A DNA stretch of 64,000 nt, taken from Eledone cirrhosa (lineage: Eukaryota). The stretch spans positions 36,642,001 through 36,706,000 of the forward strand of contig OZ024750.1 in assembly GCA_964016885.1 (NCBI GenBank), written 5' to 3'. Positions 1-11,784 of this stretch are shown in pieces (within the stretch, counting starts at the first letter, position 1; each line of letters opens with the position of its first letter). A program made the translations under genes and the position numbers. The notes under the pieces are model-generated. The model worked only from the letters and a program-made list of their open reading frames with translations. It did no database searches and was not told the origin of the DNA.

Positions 1-77
1 ACCCGTGTAGTTGAGAAGATAGATAAACAAATATATATAGAGAAATAAATCAGAATGGATACAGTAAAAACCTGTTA

Positions 78-172
78 GATCATTACTCAATATTTGGGGT
101 AGTAGAGTAAGTAATATAAAGAATTCGGGGCCCCAATGGCTGACTCCTGCTGTTTCAACAGCTAGTTCCAAA
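78..172 (-). mobile_element. Penelope-like terminal-repeat (pLTR) fragment, family H1, with degenerate hammerhead 3' half
   Basis: Reverse complement reads ggaactagctgttGAAAcagcaggagtcagccattggggcccc...ctctactaccccaaatattgagta, matching 5289-5385 and 5519-5640. Confidence 0.5.
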
Positions 173-180
173 CTTAAAGA

Positions 181-452
181 GAGATAAATAGATAGATAGA
201 TAGATAGATAGATAGACAGATAAATAGATATTCACATAAACATATATATATATCTGTATGTGTATGTGTGTGTATGTAAATCTATAGATATTCATATAAA
301 CATATATATATATATCTGTATGTGTGTGTATGTAAATCTATAGATATTCATATAAACATATATATATATATCTGTATGTGTGTGTATGTAAATCTATAGA
401 TATTCTTATAAACATATATATATATATCTGTATGTGTGTGTATGTAAATCTA
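181..452. repeat. (GATA)n followed by a ~57-bp minisatellite x4
   Basis: atagatattcatataaaca(ta)ntctgtatgtgtgtgtatgtaaatct is repeated about 4 times. Confidence 0.9.
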
Positions 453-645
453 TAAAGAGACCAAACATTGAGAAGAAGTTATAAATTCTCAGAGATGGCT
501 GTCTACTTGAAAATCTTATTCAACATTTATTCTTGTTGGTTTCAGGTCAATAGTTGCATGTAATCAGGTTTCTGTGGCGGAGAAAGAGAAAACTATGAAG
601 GAGAAATCCAATAAAAACAATTGTCAATTGAGTTTCTATTTTAGT

Positions 646-861
646 TTAACCCATTACCATTTACATTACTCTATATATACTATTGTACTTTTCTGGTAAA
701 GGCTTTACCTCACATAATATTGAATACATGAGATTTTGATATTCATTATTTTGAGAACAATACCTTAACATCAGTATTAGCAGCCAGTTACAGGTGGTTT
801 AAACAGAAAGAGGTGAGAGAATTCTGGCCGGATTCAGATGGTTTAAATGCTAAAGGGTTAA
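646..861 (+). mobile_element. piggyBac-like MITE (TTAA-flanked)
   Basis: TTAA-cccattaccattta ... taaatgctaaaggg-TTAA; at least 7 related copies in the window. Confidence 0.8.
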
Positions 862-876
862 ATAATTGATATATAT

Positions 877-1250
877 GGAGGCACATGGCTTAGTGGTTAG
901 AGCATTGGCCTTGCAATCGAAAGGTTGAGTTCAATTCTCAGACCGGGTGATGTGTTGTTTCCTTGAGCAAGACACTTTATTTCCCATTGCTCCAGTTTAC
1001 TAAGCTGTAGAAATGAGATGATAGGGACTGGGGTCCCTATCATCTCATTTCTACAGCTGAGGTCCCTATCATTCCACTGCAAAGTGGTCATGGAGGTGCC
1101 ACAGAAAAAAAGCACCCAGCACTCACTGTAAATGTGGTTGGTGTTAGGAAGGGCATCCAGCTGTAGAAATCAAGCCAGAATCAGTTCCCGTCCCACCCTT
1201 GCAAGCAGGGAAAAGCGGACGTAAAATGATGATGATGATGATGATGATGA
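877..1250 (+). mobile_element. tRNA-derived SINE family B (CORE-like centre, RTE-derived tail)
   Basis: A-box tggcttagtgg, B-box gttcaattc, ccttgagcaagacactt centre, tail ...gcggacgtaaaa(tga)n. Confidence 0.85.
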
Positions 1251-1924
1251 GCATCAAAAACCAATGAAATTTTAATTGTAGTTTCTCTGTAAGTCTGTAG
1301 TAAATTAAACACATCTGAAGATGGTTCATTGACCAGATACATCATTTGCCAATTAGAGAGAGGAACAATGTATTTAAGTTTTGAAACAGATAGAAACATC
1401 ACACAGTGATGTAATAGGAATGATTTCTTCTTGTCATGTCCACAAGAGGGTCAGTTACAAAGCTTGGCTAGATGTGGTTCTGCCACAGCTGAACACATTG
1501 CTGTCCTTTCTCATTAAACTCTGCCAAGTCAAATGCTTTACAGGGGTGTTCCAGCAGGGGGCATATCAGGTGTTGTGTAGTCTGTGGTTCCTTGCCGCAG
1601 TCACACACAACATCCCCATCTTTTAAATATCCCTATTTTGCAAGAGTGACTTTTGCACGTCCAACAATAGGAAGGATGTAACCATTTATTTAATTATTTT
1701 GATTTATAAGTATGACAATATTAGAATTACAGTAAATATTTATTTGACATATATTCTTAACAGAAAAAACAAAACATCTTCTTCCTCTTTCCCTTTCTCT
1801 TCTCCTTACTCATCATCATCAATATATTTATGAAACCTCTAGTATATATATATATGATGATGATGATGATGATATATATATGTATATCATCATCGTTTAA
1901 TGTCCATCTACAACAATATAAAAT

Positions 1925-2065
1925 TGGCTTCTACAGGACTATGATTTCTTTTAAAAGAAACAGTTCTAGTCCTGTAGAAGCCATTTCTGTATTAAACATA
2001 ATGTTTGCACTCTACTAATGTATTGAGTACCTTAGTAACCGTGGTTACCGATTGAACCTGTGACA
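1925..2065 (+). mobile_element. Penelope-like pLTR fragment, family H2, with fold-back at the hammerhead
   Basis: GAAAcagttctagtcctgTAgaagcc followed by a tail matching the reverse complement of 46333-46440; 17-bp perfect inverted arms at 1925-1941 and 1967-1983. Confidence 0.6.
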
Positions 2066-2079
2066 CACTCTCTCTCACT

Positions 2080-2114
<35 letters not shown>

Positions 2115-2242
2115 TAAATTTGGCCGCGTATTTGACAACTGGATGCCCTTCCTAACATCAACCACATTTACAGTTATGTAAATGTATAATCACACGAATA
2201 TATATATATATATCATCAGCATATCATGATATATATGTGTAT

Positions 2243-2445
2243 CATCATCATCATCATGACCGTTTTACATCCATTCTTCGACACTAGCATGGGTTAGACG
2301 GGTTGTCCTACAGCTGAGTAAACTGGAGCAATGTGAAATAAAGTGTCTTGCTCAAGGAAACAACACATCACTTGGTCTGAGAATTGAACTCACAACCTTT
2401 CGATTGCAAGGCCAATGCTCTAACCACTAAGCCATGTGCCTCCAT
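2243..2445 (-). mobile_element. SINE B 5' half joined to an RTE 3' tail
   Basis: Reverse complement of the SINE B head at ~2307-2445; LINE-type tail at ~2243-2305. Confidence 0.7.
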
Positions 2446-2477
2446 ATATATATATTATGCTGCTAAATGTTATTTTT

Positions 2478-2760
2478 TGTCCCACCCTTGTAATCAGGGA
2501 AAAGCGGACGTAAAATGAAATGAAATGAATGATATTATGTTGGTACCACAAAACACCCAGCCCACACTGTTAAGTGGTTGTGTAGGAGACACGGCAAAAA
2601 GCACCCAGCACACACTGTAAATATGGTTGGCATTAGGAAGGGCATCCAGCTGTAGAAAACCAGCCAGAAACAGTGAGTGAGACACAGTCACCCGACCCAA
2701 CTTGCCTCTAACATGGGACAAACCTGTCTCACCCATGATAATGTGGAAGATGGACGTTTA
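2478..2760 (+). mobile_element. SINE B tail plus RTE 3'UTR fragment
   Basis: ggaagggcatccagctgtagaaaa ... acccatg...gtggaagatggacgttta. Confidence 0.65.
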
Positions 2761-2970
2761 TTTCATTACCCAAGGTTTCACGAAGTTAGACGATTCTAAC
2801 AGAAATGTCTGTTTCATTCATGAGATGAAATATCTTTATTATGGATATAAGATATGAAATTAAAATCTATTACAAATGAAAGTGAGGCTGAATTAAAATT
2901 ATGGGGAAAAATACGTGTACACACAGAATCAGATATACATACATGCATACATACATCAAATTATAAATAT

Positions 2971-3322
2971 ATCATCATCATCATCATCATCATTTCATTT
3001 TACGTCCGCTTTTTCCCTGCTTGCAAGGGTGGGACGGGAACTGATTCTGGCTTGATTTCTACAGCTGGATGCACTTCCTAACACCAACCTCATTTACAGT
3101 GAGTGCTGGGTGCTTTTTTGCCGTGGCACCTCCACGACCACTTTACAGTGGAATAATAGAGACCCCAGTCCCTATCATCTCATTTCTACAGCTGAGTAAA
3201 TTGGAGCAATGTGAAATAAAGTGTCTTGCTCAAGGAAACAACACATCGCCCGGTCTGAGAATTGAACTCACAACCTTTCGATTGCAAAGCCAATGCTCTA
3301 ACCACTAAGCCATGTGCCTCCA
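2971..3322 (-). mobile_element. SINE family B, full length
   Basis: Reverse complement of the 877-1250 consensus, with a (cat)n tail. Confidence 0.85.
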
Positions 3323-3587
3323 TATATATATATATATATATAAAAGACCTACTTCATTTAAGCTCATCATTTAGATATTTTCAATGGTTTGGAATATGTT
3401 GTTTCACTCTGGGTTTTATGGTTGAACACATTTCAAAGCATTAATCACCTTAACCAGGGTAAGAGTTTCATTTTAGGGTTGATTCATGGACATGATGAAG
3501 TCATCTAAGATAAATTGCCTGACTGAATTTAAAGATCTCTCCTTAAAATCTTTGCCAGACTTTGCTGCTCTGGGCATCATTTTCTGT

Positions 3588-3778
3588 TTAACCCTTTAGC
3601 ATTTACATTACTCTATATTCACTATTATATTTTCATGGTAAAATCTTTACCTCACATAATTATATTACGCACTATCGAATGTGTGAGATTTTGATATTAT
3701 TTATTTTGAGAACAATACCTTAACATAAGTATGAGTGGCTGGTTACAGCTGGTTTGAACAGAAAGAGGTGAGAGAATT
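3588..3778 (+). mobile_element. piggyBac-like MITE, right end missing
   Basis: TTAAccctttagcattta start; internal sequence matches 646-861. Confidence 0.75.
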
Positions 3779-3934
3779 TAATTCTATTTATTTCATATTT
3801 TCATTTATTTTACATTCACCTCTGTTGTAATATTATTACATAACATCTATCTCTTTATTGTTAGTTTTATCAGATTTATACTTTTTCTTTTACACAACAA
3901 AATTAGGAATTTTCTATAATTTTAATAAATTAGA

Positions 3935-4149
3935 GCGGTGGATTGGCCGTATGGAGAGAGTATCGAACAGCATGTTTTATGGCATATAGTTACATCCCTT
4001 TACAATCTAAGTTCAAATCCTGCTGAGGTTAGCTTTACCTTTCATCTTTATGGGTTCAATAAATTAAAGTACCAGTAATGCACTGGAATCAATTTAATTG
4101 ACTTTCCCTTTCCCCAAAAATTGTTGGCATTGTGCCTACATCAGAAACC
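3935..4149 (+). mobile_element. tRNA-derived SINE family A, diverged
   Basis: gcggtggattggc...agttcaaatcc...ctttcatc...gtaccagtaatgcactgg...gaaac. Confidence 0.75.
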
Positions 4150-5068
4150 GATATAGAAAATACATTTAAAATTTTTGAAGAAAAATATTTTGCATCATTT
4201 CTATCAGTCCCTTACACACCAAATAATTATATCGATAGCTCACCAAATATTTGCTTGTTAAATGTAAACCTATAGGTGACATATCAACAGTTTTCTATCT
4301 CCTGTCTGATTTTGTTTCTTCACAATTTTTTTAATAATACATATTTTGCAGGGATACATTTTCAGAGACTCATATTTTTAAAAACTATTTTGTTGAAAAT
4401 AAATGTTATATTTTTTACATAATTTCTAGTTTCTGAAATATTACATTCTTGTAAAAAAAAAAATCCGACAATATCTGTGTTGGTATTATTCTTAAGCAAA
4501 TTGGAAGACGTGATGCAAATATTTCGAGCTTAAGTTTAGCAAACTTTTAAAAAAATGTTCATCAGCATAGTCGTGATTTCCATCTTCCAAAATATATCGC
4601 TGCAAATTCTGTTAGAAATGTGCATTATTAAGAAAGTTATGAGGAAACAAATTTAGGTGGATAGCTCCTGTAAGATAGCCAACATATTTAAAATATCTAA
4701 ATCAATCATTGAAAATAATTTGTAGAAATTGTCTTCTGTTTCAGTCAAATGCAAGAGAAGAGCTTTAAATATGATTTGGTTGAGTTACTAACATCCAAAA
4801 CCCAGGGTGGCTGCTTTATATTAAAAATAATTCTTCTGATAACTGGAAGTAATTGAGTTGGTGTTTGTACAATTGCCAGTAAGTATGGCATACACAGAAA
4901 TATCTTCAGTTGTAGTTAGATGGTTAAATTCTTCTATTAAATATGATACTCTAAATAGCACACTTAATAAATTTTGTTACTAAGTCTGAGTAACATTGAT
5001 ATAACTATGATCAGTATAGATATGTGTGTGTGTGAGAGAGAGAGAGAGAGAAAGAGAGACTTATATAT

Positions 5069-5144
5069 TGTGGAGGGATGCTATGGTGAAAAGGCCCATG
5101 CAAGCATGGAAAAGAGGACGAGAAATGGTGATGGTGAAGAGAGA

Positions 5145-5220
<76 letters not shown>

Positions 5221-5274
5221 TAACAGATTAAAGTTTAAGCAAAGAATCGCTGCTTTCACCCTTAGCGGGATCTT
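5069..5274 (+). repeat. Composite unit (RTE-type tail + (TC)n/(TA)n + short unique arm), inverted-duplicated at 8636-8853
   Basis: Near-identical reverse complement of 8636-8853, including the microsatellite junctions. Confidence 0.85.
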
Positions 5275-5288
5275 ATATATATATATAT

Positions 5289-5424
5289 GGAATTAGCTGT
5301 CAAAATGGCAAGCATTCAACCATCAGGCTCCTACTCTCTCTTATATAGTCACACTCTACTATCGCAAGTATCAAGAACTCTACTGAATAATGGTCTTACT
5401 AGTTTAAAACTAGTAAAATCCTGA

Positions 5425-5484
<60 letters not shown>

Positions 5485-5639
5485 AACGAGTAGGACCCCG
5501 ACGGCTGAGCTCAAGTCGTCGAAACGGCTTGAGCTCATCCATCGGGGTCCTACTCGTTCCTATTACCCACTCTACTACCCTAAGTATTGAGTACTTTGGT
5601 GCGTTATGGTCCACCTGGTTCCTTACCACATTTCCTCCG

Positions 5640-5640
<1 letters not shown>
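5289..5640 (+). mobile_element. Two Penelope-like pLTR fragments (family H1); the second has a 40-bp fold-back hairpin
   Basis: Arms 5480-5519 and 5524-5563 (3 mismatches, loop cgaa); the arm consensus GAAAcggct-tgagctc-agccgTC is hammerhead stem III plus cleavage triplet. Confidence 0.6.
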
Positions 5641-5677
<37 letters not shown>

Positions 5678-5689
5678 TTATTCATTCAT

Positions 5690-6022
5690 TCATTCATTCA
5701 TTCATTTCATTTTACGTCTGCCTTTCCCTGCTTGCAAGGGTGGGACGGGAACTGATTGTGGCTTGATTTCTACAGCTGGATGCCCTTCCTAACACCAACC
5801 TCATTTACAGTGAGTGCCGGGTGTTTTTTTGCCGTGGCACCTCCACAACCACTTTGCAGTGGAATGACATGGACCCCAGTCCCTATCATCTCATTTCTAC
5901 AGCTGAGTAAACTGAAGCAATGTGAAATAAAGTGTCTTGCTCAAGGAAACAATACATCACCCGGTCTGAGAATTGAACTCACAACCTTTCGATTTCAAGG
6001 CCAATGCTCTAACCACTAAGCC
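5690..6022 (-). mobile_element. SINE family B
   Basis: Matches the SINE B consensus. Confidence 0.85.
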
Positions 6023-6117
6023 ATATATATATATATATATATCTGTCTAACCCATTAACCCATGCTAGCGTGGAAGATGGACGTTAAACGATGAGGATGA
6101 TGATATATATAAATATA

Positions 6118-6445
6118 TCAATTCTCAGACTGGGTGATGTGTTTTTTCCTTGAACAAGACACTTTATTTCACATTGCTCCAGTTTACTCAGCTGTAGAAA
6201 TGAGATGATAGGGACTGGTGTTCCTATCATTCCACTGCAAACTGGACGTGGAGGTGCCACAGAAAAAAGCACCCAGCCCAAACTGTAAAGTGGACGTGGA
6301 GGTGCCACGGCAAAAAAGCACCCAGCACTCACTGTAAATGAGGTTGGTGTTAGGAAGGGCATCCAGCTGTAGAAATCAAGCCAGAATCAGTTCCCGTCCC
6401 ACCCTTGCAAGCAGGGAAAAGGCGGACATAAAAATGATGATGATA
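6118..6445 (+). mobile_element. SINE family B, 5'-truncated, with an internal ~48-bp duplication
   Basis: Starts at the B-box; the ggacgtggaggtgccac module is duplicated. Confidence 0.8.
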
Positions 6446-7619
6446 TCATCTATTTATAACTCTATCTCTGATAAAAGACTAGTGTCTTAAACATTAAGAC
6501 TCTCTTCCTGCTGTTTCAAGCATTAATCTAACATATTTCTTTCATGTAGTGTATCGTATCGTTTGTTTTGTTATTTCTGTTTAGCTTTTACACATGCACA
6601 CGCACGCACATGCGCAAGTATATTCACTTCTAAAATTTCTCCTTCAAATGAATTGAAAAAAAATATATAAAGCTTATATTAGAATAGCTGCAAAATACTT
6701 TTAGTTAAATTCAGTTGTTAAACTAGAACATTTTCTGAAGGGGTTATATGTAACTCCAAAATTATTCTGCCAGAACAAAAGATTATTGACTGCACTGGTG
6801 ATAGCTGGGTTTAGTGATATTAAACTGATAGAAGTTTATATTGTCTAGGGGATGAAAGGGAAAAATTGTAAGAAGTTTCAGTATGATAGGAGGTGATTGA
6901 ATGGGAAGTAGAATAGTTTCTAGTTAGAGAATATGAATGTGTTATTGAATACCTTGTATTTGCAGGAGAAGGAAAATGTGTCTTTTGTTGAGAATCTTTC
7001 TTTTTTTTTTTTTCAGTGGGCAAAAATAATGGATTAATTTACTTTTAGAAAGTAATGTGAGAAATAAGTGATGTAATATATTACTTTGCTTAGTAGCAAC
7101 AGATGAAGATTTACATGAAGAATGTGAAAAGACTTATAGTGCGAGAACGGTAGAAAAAAAACATGATGATACTCATCAAGTATTAAAATATAATGGACAA
7201 AGTGGCAACAATGGTAAAAGTGAAAAATACTTGGTTAAGAAAGAGAGAGAGGAGAGAAAGTAAATAAATAAATGTGGACAAAACCAATACAAAAGAAAAG
7301 CATTTTAAGTAAATATAGGTAGATATTGAGGTGGGGTGGAAGGAAAGGTGTTAGGAATGTGAAAAGTAAATAGATAAATCTAAACTTGAAAGGTGGAAAA
7401 TTTACAAAATAGTAGCAAGGATAATACACATACACACACATACACACACACACACACACACAAAAATCTAGAATGGAATAATGAAGAATATGAGTTACAA
7501 TATTTTATTTGAAAAGATGAAGATTAAAGAAAATAGATCAATTTAAAAACAGGTTGAAACAAATGAAATATATATCACTGATATATATTAAATCAGCTAT
7601 GACTGGTCGATATTTTCTA

Positions 7620-8086
7620 CTAACAGTGGTATCCGGCGTTGCACAGGATAAGGTATTATGGAATGCAGGCCGCCAACAGACTTAATCGTGGAAAAACTGC
7701 ATGCCTGGACAATATGTAAAGAAAATAAACCGAATACTCTGATGGCTGGATAATCGATGAAGCAGGAAAAATGCAGGTTTTCACCTAATGTGGATCCTAG
7801 GGGATCAAGAAGATGAATTTTTTTATGTCCATAATATGCCTTGAAATTTCGGGTAAATTTATTAGACGTAACACCTCAAAAAAGCCCTAAAAAGTTGAAA
7901 AAATGAAGTTTTTCACCTAATGCGAGCCCTAGGACATAAATTTTGTGCATAACACTCCCTGAAACATAAGTAATACACATGTAAAGTTTGAAAAAAATCG
8001 GTTGGGTACTTCTCGAGTTTTAGGGATTCAAACTCACAGACACACACACACACAGACAGACATCCTCAGTTTTATATATATATAGA
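7620..8086 (-). mobile_element. Non-autonomous Helitron
   Basis: Minus strand: A|TC(ta)naaaactgaggatg start, 3' hairpin cctgtgcaacgccgga then ttag|T; matches the 56884-57800 element. Confidence 0.8.
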
Positions 8087-8263
8087 TTATCATAGCTATG
8101 TTTCTAGGGTGTCTTAACTCATGATGGTCTTGTTGGGGGACCATCACAACATTTTAAAACCTGGTAGAGCTCATCCCTCACAAAGCTGGAACATAACTTG
8201 TTTTTTTCAGAAGAGATATATCGAGAATGAATTGACCCCAGTACTGAAATGATATTTCATTTA

Positions 8264-8694
8264 TCTATATATCTAAAACACAGAATGTCTGTCTGTCTGA
8301 CTCCCTAAAACTCGAGAACCACCCAACCAATTGTTTTCAAACTTTACACATGTAATACTTATGGTCCTGTGAGTGTTTTGAGCAAAAGAAATTTCAAATT
8401 TTCAATGCCCTAGGGACCGCATTAGGCGATTTAGCGATCTCTCTATAATTCTTAGTCTTTCTTTTTAGATAGATACATAGCTACAATGTTGCGTCCTTAT
8501 ATCTGTCTGTATGCCTGACTGTCTGCATTACGACATTATGACGCGGTGTGTGTATACATGTATATATAGTATGTGTGTATATATATATATATATATAGTG
8601 TGTAACGTTTTCCGATCGATTTTTTTTAGTTTCAGAAGATTCCGTTAAGGGTGAAAGCAGCGATTCTTTGCTTAAACTTTAAGCTGTTATTTTA

Positions 8695-8725
<31 letters not shown>

Positions 8726-8985
8726 GGAGGAGAGAGAGAGAGAGAGGGAGGGAGAGAGAGAGAGAGAGAGAGAGATATCTGTCTTCACCATCACCATTTC
8801 TCGTCCTCTTTTCCATGCTTGCATGGGCCTTTTCAGCATAGCATCCCTCCACAGATATTTTTGCAGGCACAATAACAAAATATAAACAAACATATTTATT
8901 TCACGAGGCTCGATAAGGCTAAATATATATAAAATATATAAGAAGCCTAGAGCAAATCCCGAGCAACGCCGGGCCATTCTGCTAG
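8264..8985 (+). mobile_element. Composite non-autonomous Helitron
   Basis: A|TC start with the family head, 3' hairpin cccgagcaacgccggg and CTAG|T; the flanks join into one degenerate SINE A. Confidence 0.65.
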
Positions 8986-9114
8986 TTGACCTTGGTAGGC
9001 TTTAAACTAGGGTTGCAGAGAACTGGAATGAATACCATTAAGCTTGCTGACTAACATTCTAAAACATCTGCCAATTACAATGTGATTACTAGTATATAAG
9101 TAACTATATTGATT

Positions 9115-9330
9115 TTGTTATACTTTGGGAGGGTCATGTTGCCAATAAGAAACACACGCACCAGTTGCTTTCACTTCAATTTATTATATATTTATAAATT
9201 TATAAATTTACAAATCTACAAACTTATAAATTTCTGGTTGGTTGGTTGGTTCCACAACCAGATAGTTGTTTATATATAGTCATAGTCCTTTCGTCACACA
9301 CTCTGTGACCTCTTCAGTGACTGGGGATTC
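9115..9330 (-). mobile_element. Penelope-like pLTR fragment with a minimal hammerhead
   Basis: Hammerhead at 9278-9322, downstream aataaa, and a terminus (atgaccctcccaaagtataacaa) shared with 12860-12935. Confidence 0.55.
9278..9322 (-). ncRNA. Minimal type I hammerhead ribozyme motif
   Basis: agtca-CTGAAGA-g-gtcac/agagtgt/gtgac-GAAA-ggac-TA-tgact; stem I 5 bp, stem II 5 bp, stem III minimal. Confidence 0.6.
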
Positions 9331-9811
9331 CTTTCTTTGTTTCTGTGCCTTTCCTTTCTTCTGTCCTACGCCATTTTGTTTCTGTGTGTGTGTGTTGTGT
9401 GCTCAGTTTGCGCATGCGCCACATCCGGGTGTCTGTGTGTGTTTGTGTTCATTTATCTATTTGTTTATTTATTTATTTATTTATTGTTGATAAAAAGGGA
9501 AATTTGGTAAAGTGTGTGATGGTGAATTGAATCAAATCTAATAAGTCACTGCTATATAAATTGTTGACTTCCAAGTGATGATAAGATAAGATGTATTTTG
9601 ATCTCAAAATATAAATATAAAGCATCCAGCCATAGAAAGCTTACCAAATATAGAGTTGGGCGGACTCTTCAGTCGTGTCAAAGATATGACCACCTCTCTA
9701 ATGCTGGTGTCACAATAAAATGCACTCGGTAGAGTATGAGACTGTTTAATCCTACCCATGCTAGCATGGAAGATAGACATTAATCAACAATGATGATGAT
9801 GATGGTGATGA

Positions 9812-10002
9812 TTAACTATTGTATTTTTGCAGTAAAGGCTTTGGCTCATATAATTATCTCACATAATATCAAATCTATGAGATTTTGATATTATTTATTT
9901 TGAGAACAATACCTTAATATCATTATGAGTGACCAGTTATGGCCAGTTTGAACAGAAAGAGATGGGAGAATTCTGACTGGATATGTCCAGTCTAAATGTT
10001 AA
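9812..10002 (+). mobile_element. piggyBac-like MITE, degenerate ends
   Basis: Internal sequence matches 646-861. Confidence 0.65.
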
Positions 10003-10418
10003 AGTAAGATGTGGACCTCCTGACCTGTCTGGGAGGTCAGTAACCCTACTAGAGTACAGACTTGGTCTGTGAAAACCCATCCAACCCTTACTACCAGGGA
10101 AAACTGTTAAGTGGTGATCTATATTATTAGAAAACAGAAATAAATGTAGTTGACAATAAATTGGAAGTAATTGTTTAAAAGAAGGGTTTTCTTTCATAAA
10201 ACTAAATAATTTTCCCTCACTTGTCGGCCACAAGCCAGAGGCGGAGGGTAAGTTAGTTGGAAGTGGAGGATACTTGTTCGGATGTCACAAACAAAATTGA
10301 AGCTCTGGTCAAGGCCTGTCGTGTCATCTATCTTTTTAGACCCCCCATGGTATGTATAATATATTTCATAGATGGGAATAGAAAAGAGCAAGACATCAGT
10401 GAAATACTTAGTCTTGAT

Positions 10419-10607
10419 AATTGTTTCTACTTTTGGCACAAGGCCAGCAATTACCCAGTACATTACTGGTACTTTATTTATCGACCCCGTAAGGATGAAA
10501 GGCAATGTTAACCTCGGCGGGATTTGAACTCAGTCCGTAAAGGGACGTAACTCTAAGCTGGAAAGTATGGCGTCCGACTCTCTACCGATACTGCCAATCC
10601 ACCGCCC
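10419..10607 (-). mobile_element. SINE family A with ~17-bp TSD
   Basis: Full consensus, flanked by tacttagtcttRataat. Confidence 0.85.
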
Positions 10608-10714
10608 TACTTAGTCTTAATAATAAACTGTTATAGAAAGATATCTGTCAATGTATCATTTATAAAATATGTAATCTTAAATCACTATTATCCTTCTCTT
10701 CTCCTTCTTTGTCC

Positions 10715-10885
10715 ACTTCTTCCTGAGAGGGTCCCCAAGCGGGACAAGCTAAGCTCGTGGATGTTATCCAATCATCTTGCTCGGGGTCTATTCCTGGGTC
10801 TCTTGCCAGTTGGTTTTGCTTGTAAATTCTGTCCAGTGATTCTTTCCTGAGACATTCTAACCACATTCCTAAGGTATCTAGTTGT
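10715..10885 (-). pseudogene. Degenerate RTE-type LINE C-terminal fragment
   Basis: Translation ...ARDPGIDPEQDDWITSTSLA resembles the R-P-GRP-x-RW end of RTE ORFs. Confidence 0.35.
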
Positions 10886-11010
10886 GTACTCAGATAGTGA
10901 AGTTACAATGGAAACTAAAGTAAAATATTTTACAACTAAAATGACATTCATCTAAACAAACTAAACAAAGATGTAAGGTAGTTTTTTTTCTTTTATTATA
11001 TCGCAGTAAA

Positions 11011-11224
11011 GGGCAGTGGATTGGCAGAAACGGTACAGGATCGGATAACATGCTTTGCAGCATAGAGTTCTGTCCTTTTACGTTCTGAGTTCAAATCCCA
11101 CCGAGGTTACCTTTGCCTTCCACCCTTATGGGGTCAATAAAATAAAATACCAGTAATGCACTGGGGTCGATTTAATCAACTTTCCCCTCCCCTAAAATTG
11201 GTGGCCTTGTGCCTAAATCTGAAA

Positions 11225-11267
<43 letters not shown>

Positions 11268-11482
11268 GGTGGTGGATTGGCATAATTGGTAGAGCATCGG
11301 ACAATATGTGTTGCAACATAAAGTTACATTCCTTTACATTCTGAGTTCTAATCCCACTAATGTTAGCTTTGGCTTTCATCCTTATGGCGTCAATAAAATA
11401 AGGTACCAGTAACATACTAGGGTTGATTTAATTGACCTTCCCCTCCCCAAAATTGATGGTCTTGTGCCTAAATCAGAAACAA
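11011..11482 (+). mobile_element. Two tandem SINE A copies separated by (att)n
   Basis: Two ggYRgtggattggca heads, each with the shared core. Confidence 0.8.
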
Positions 11483-11784
11483 TCCCCAAAACTGTGCATG
11501 CCATTAAAAGCAATTAAAAGAGTTGGTAGCAGGAAAGCAACTGGTAAAACACTGCCTCAAAACGTCTTGTCTGATCCATACCAATATGGAAAAGTTGACA
11601 TAAAAACGATGATATAGATACAAAACAAATGGCATCAGTTGAAATGATATTTTTTTTACCTTGTTGGCGCTATGGGCGACATTAGTTGTTGATAGAGTGA
11701 TTTCCCCAGAATACAGTATCAAGGGAAGTAATTCAGGCTTCAGAATGTTAAAGTTCCACTCACGAGTCCTTCTACTTATGTGAA

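Noticed and set aside
545-645. Possible small exon after tttcag
   Set aside because: No clear donor site or recognisable peptide.
877-950. tRNA gene
   Set aside because: A and B boxes are present, but the sequence runs into a multicopy SINE body; it is a SINE head.
2780-2835. Hammerhead-like GAAAcaga..tctgT on the minus strand
   Set aside because: No CUGANGA or stem I; too degenerate to call.
3069-3308. Recurrent short ORFs (MPFLTPTSFTVSAGC..., QCEIKCLAQG...) suggesting a gene family
   Set aside because: Antisense translations of SINE B and LINE UTR copies.
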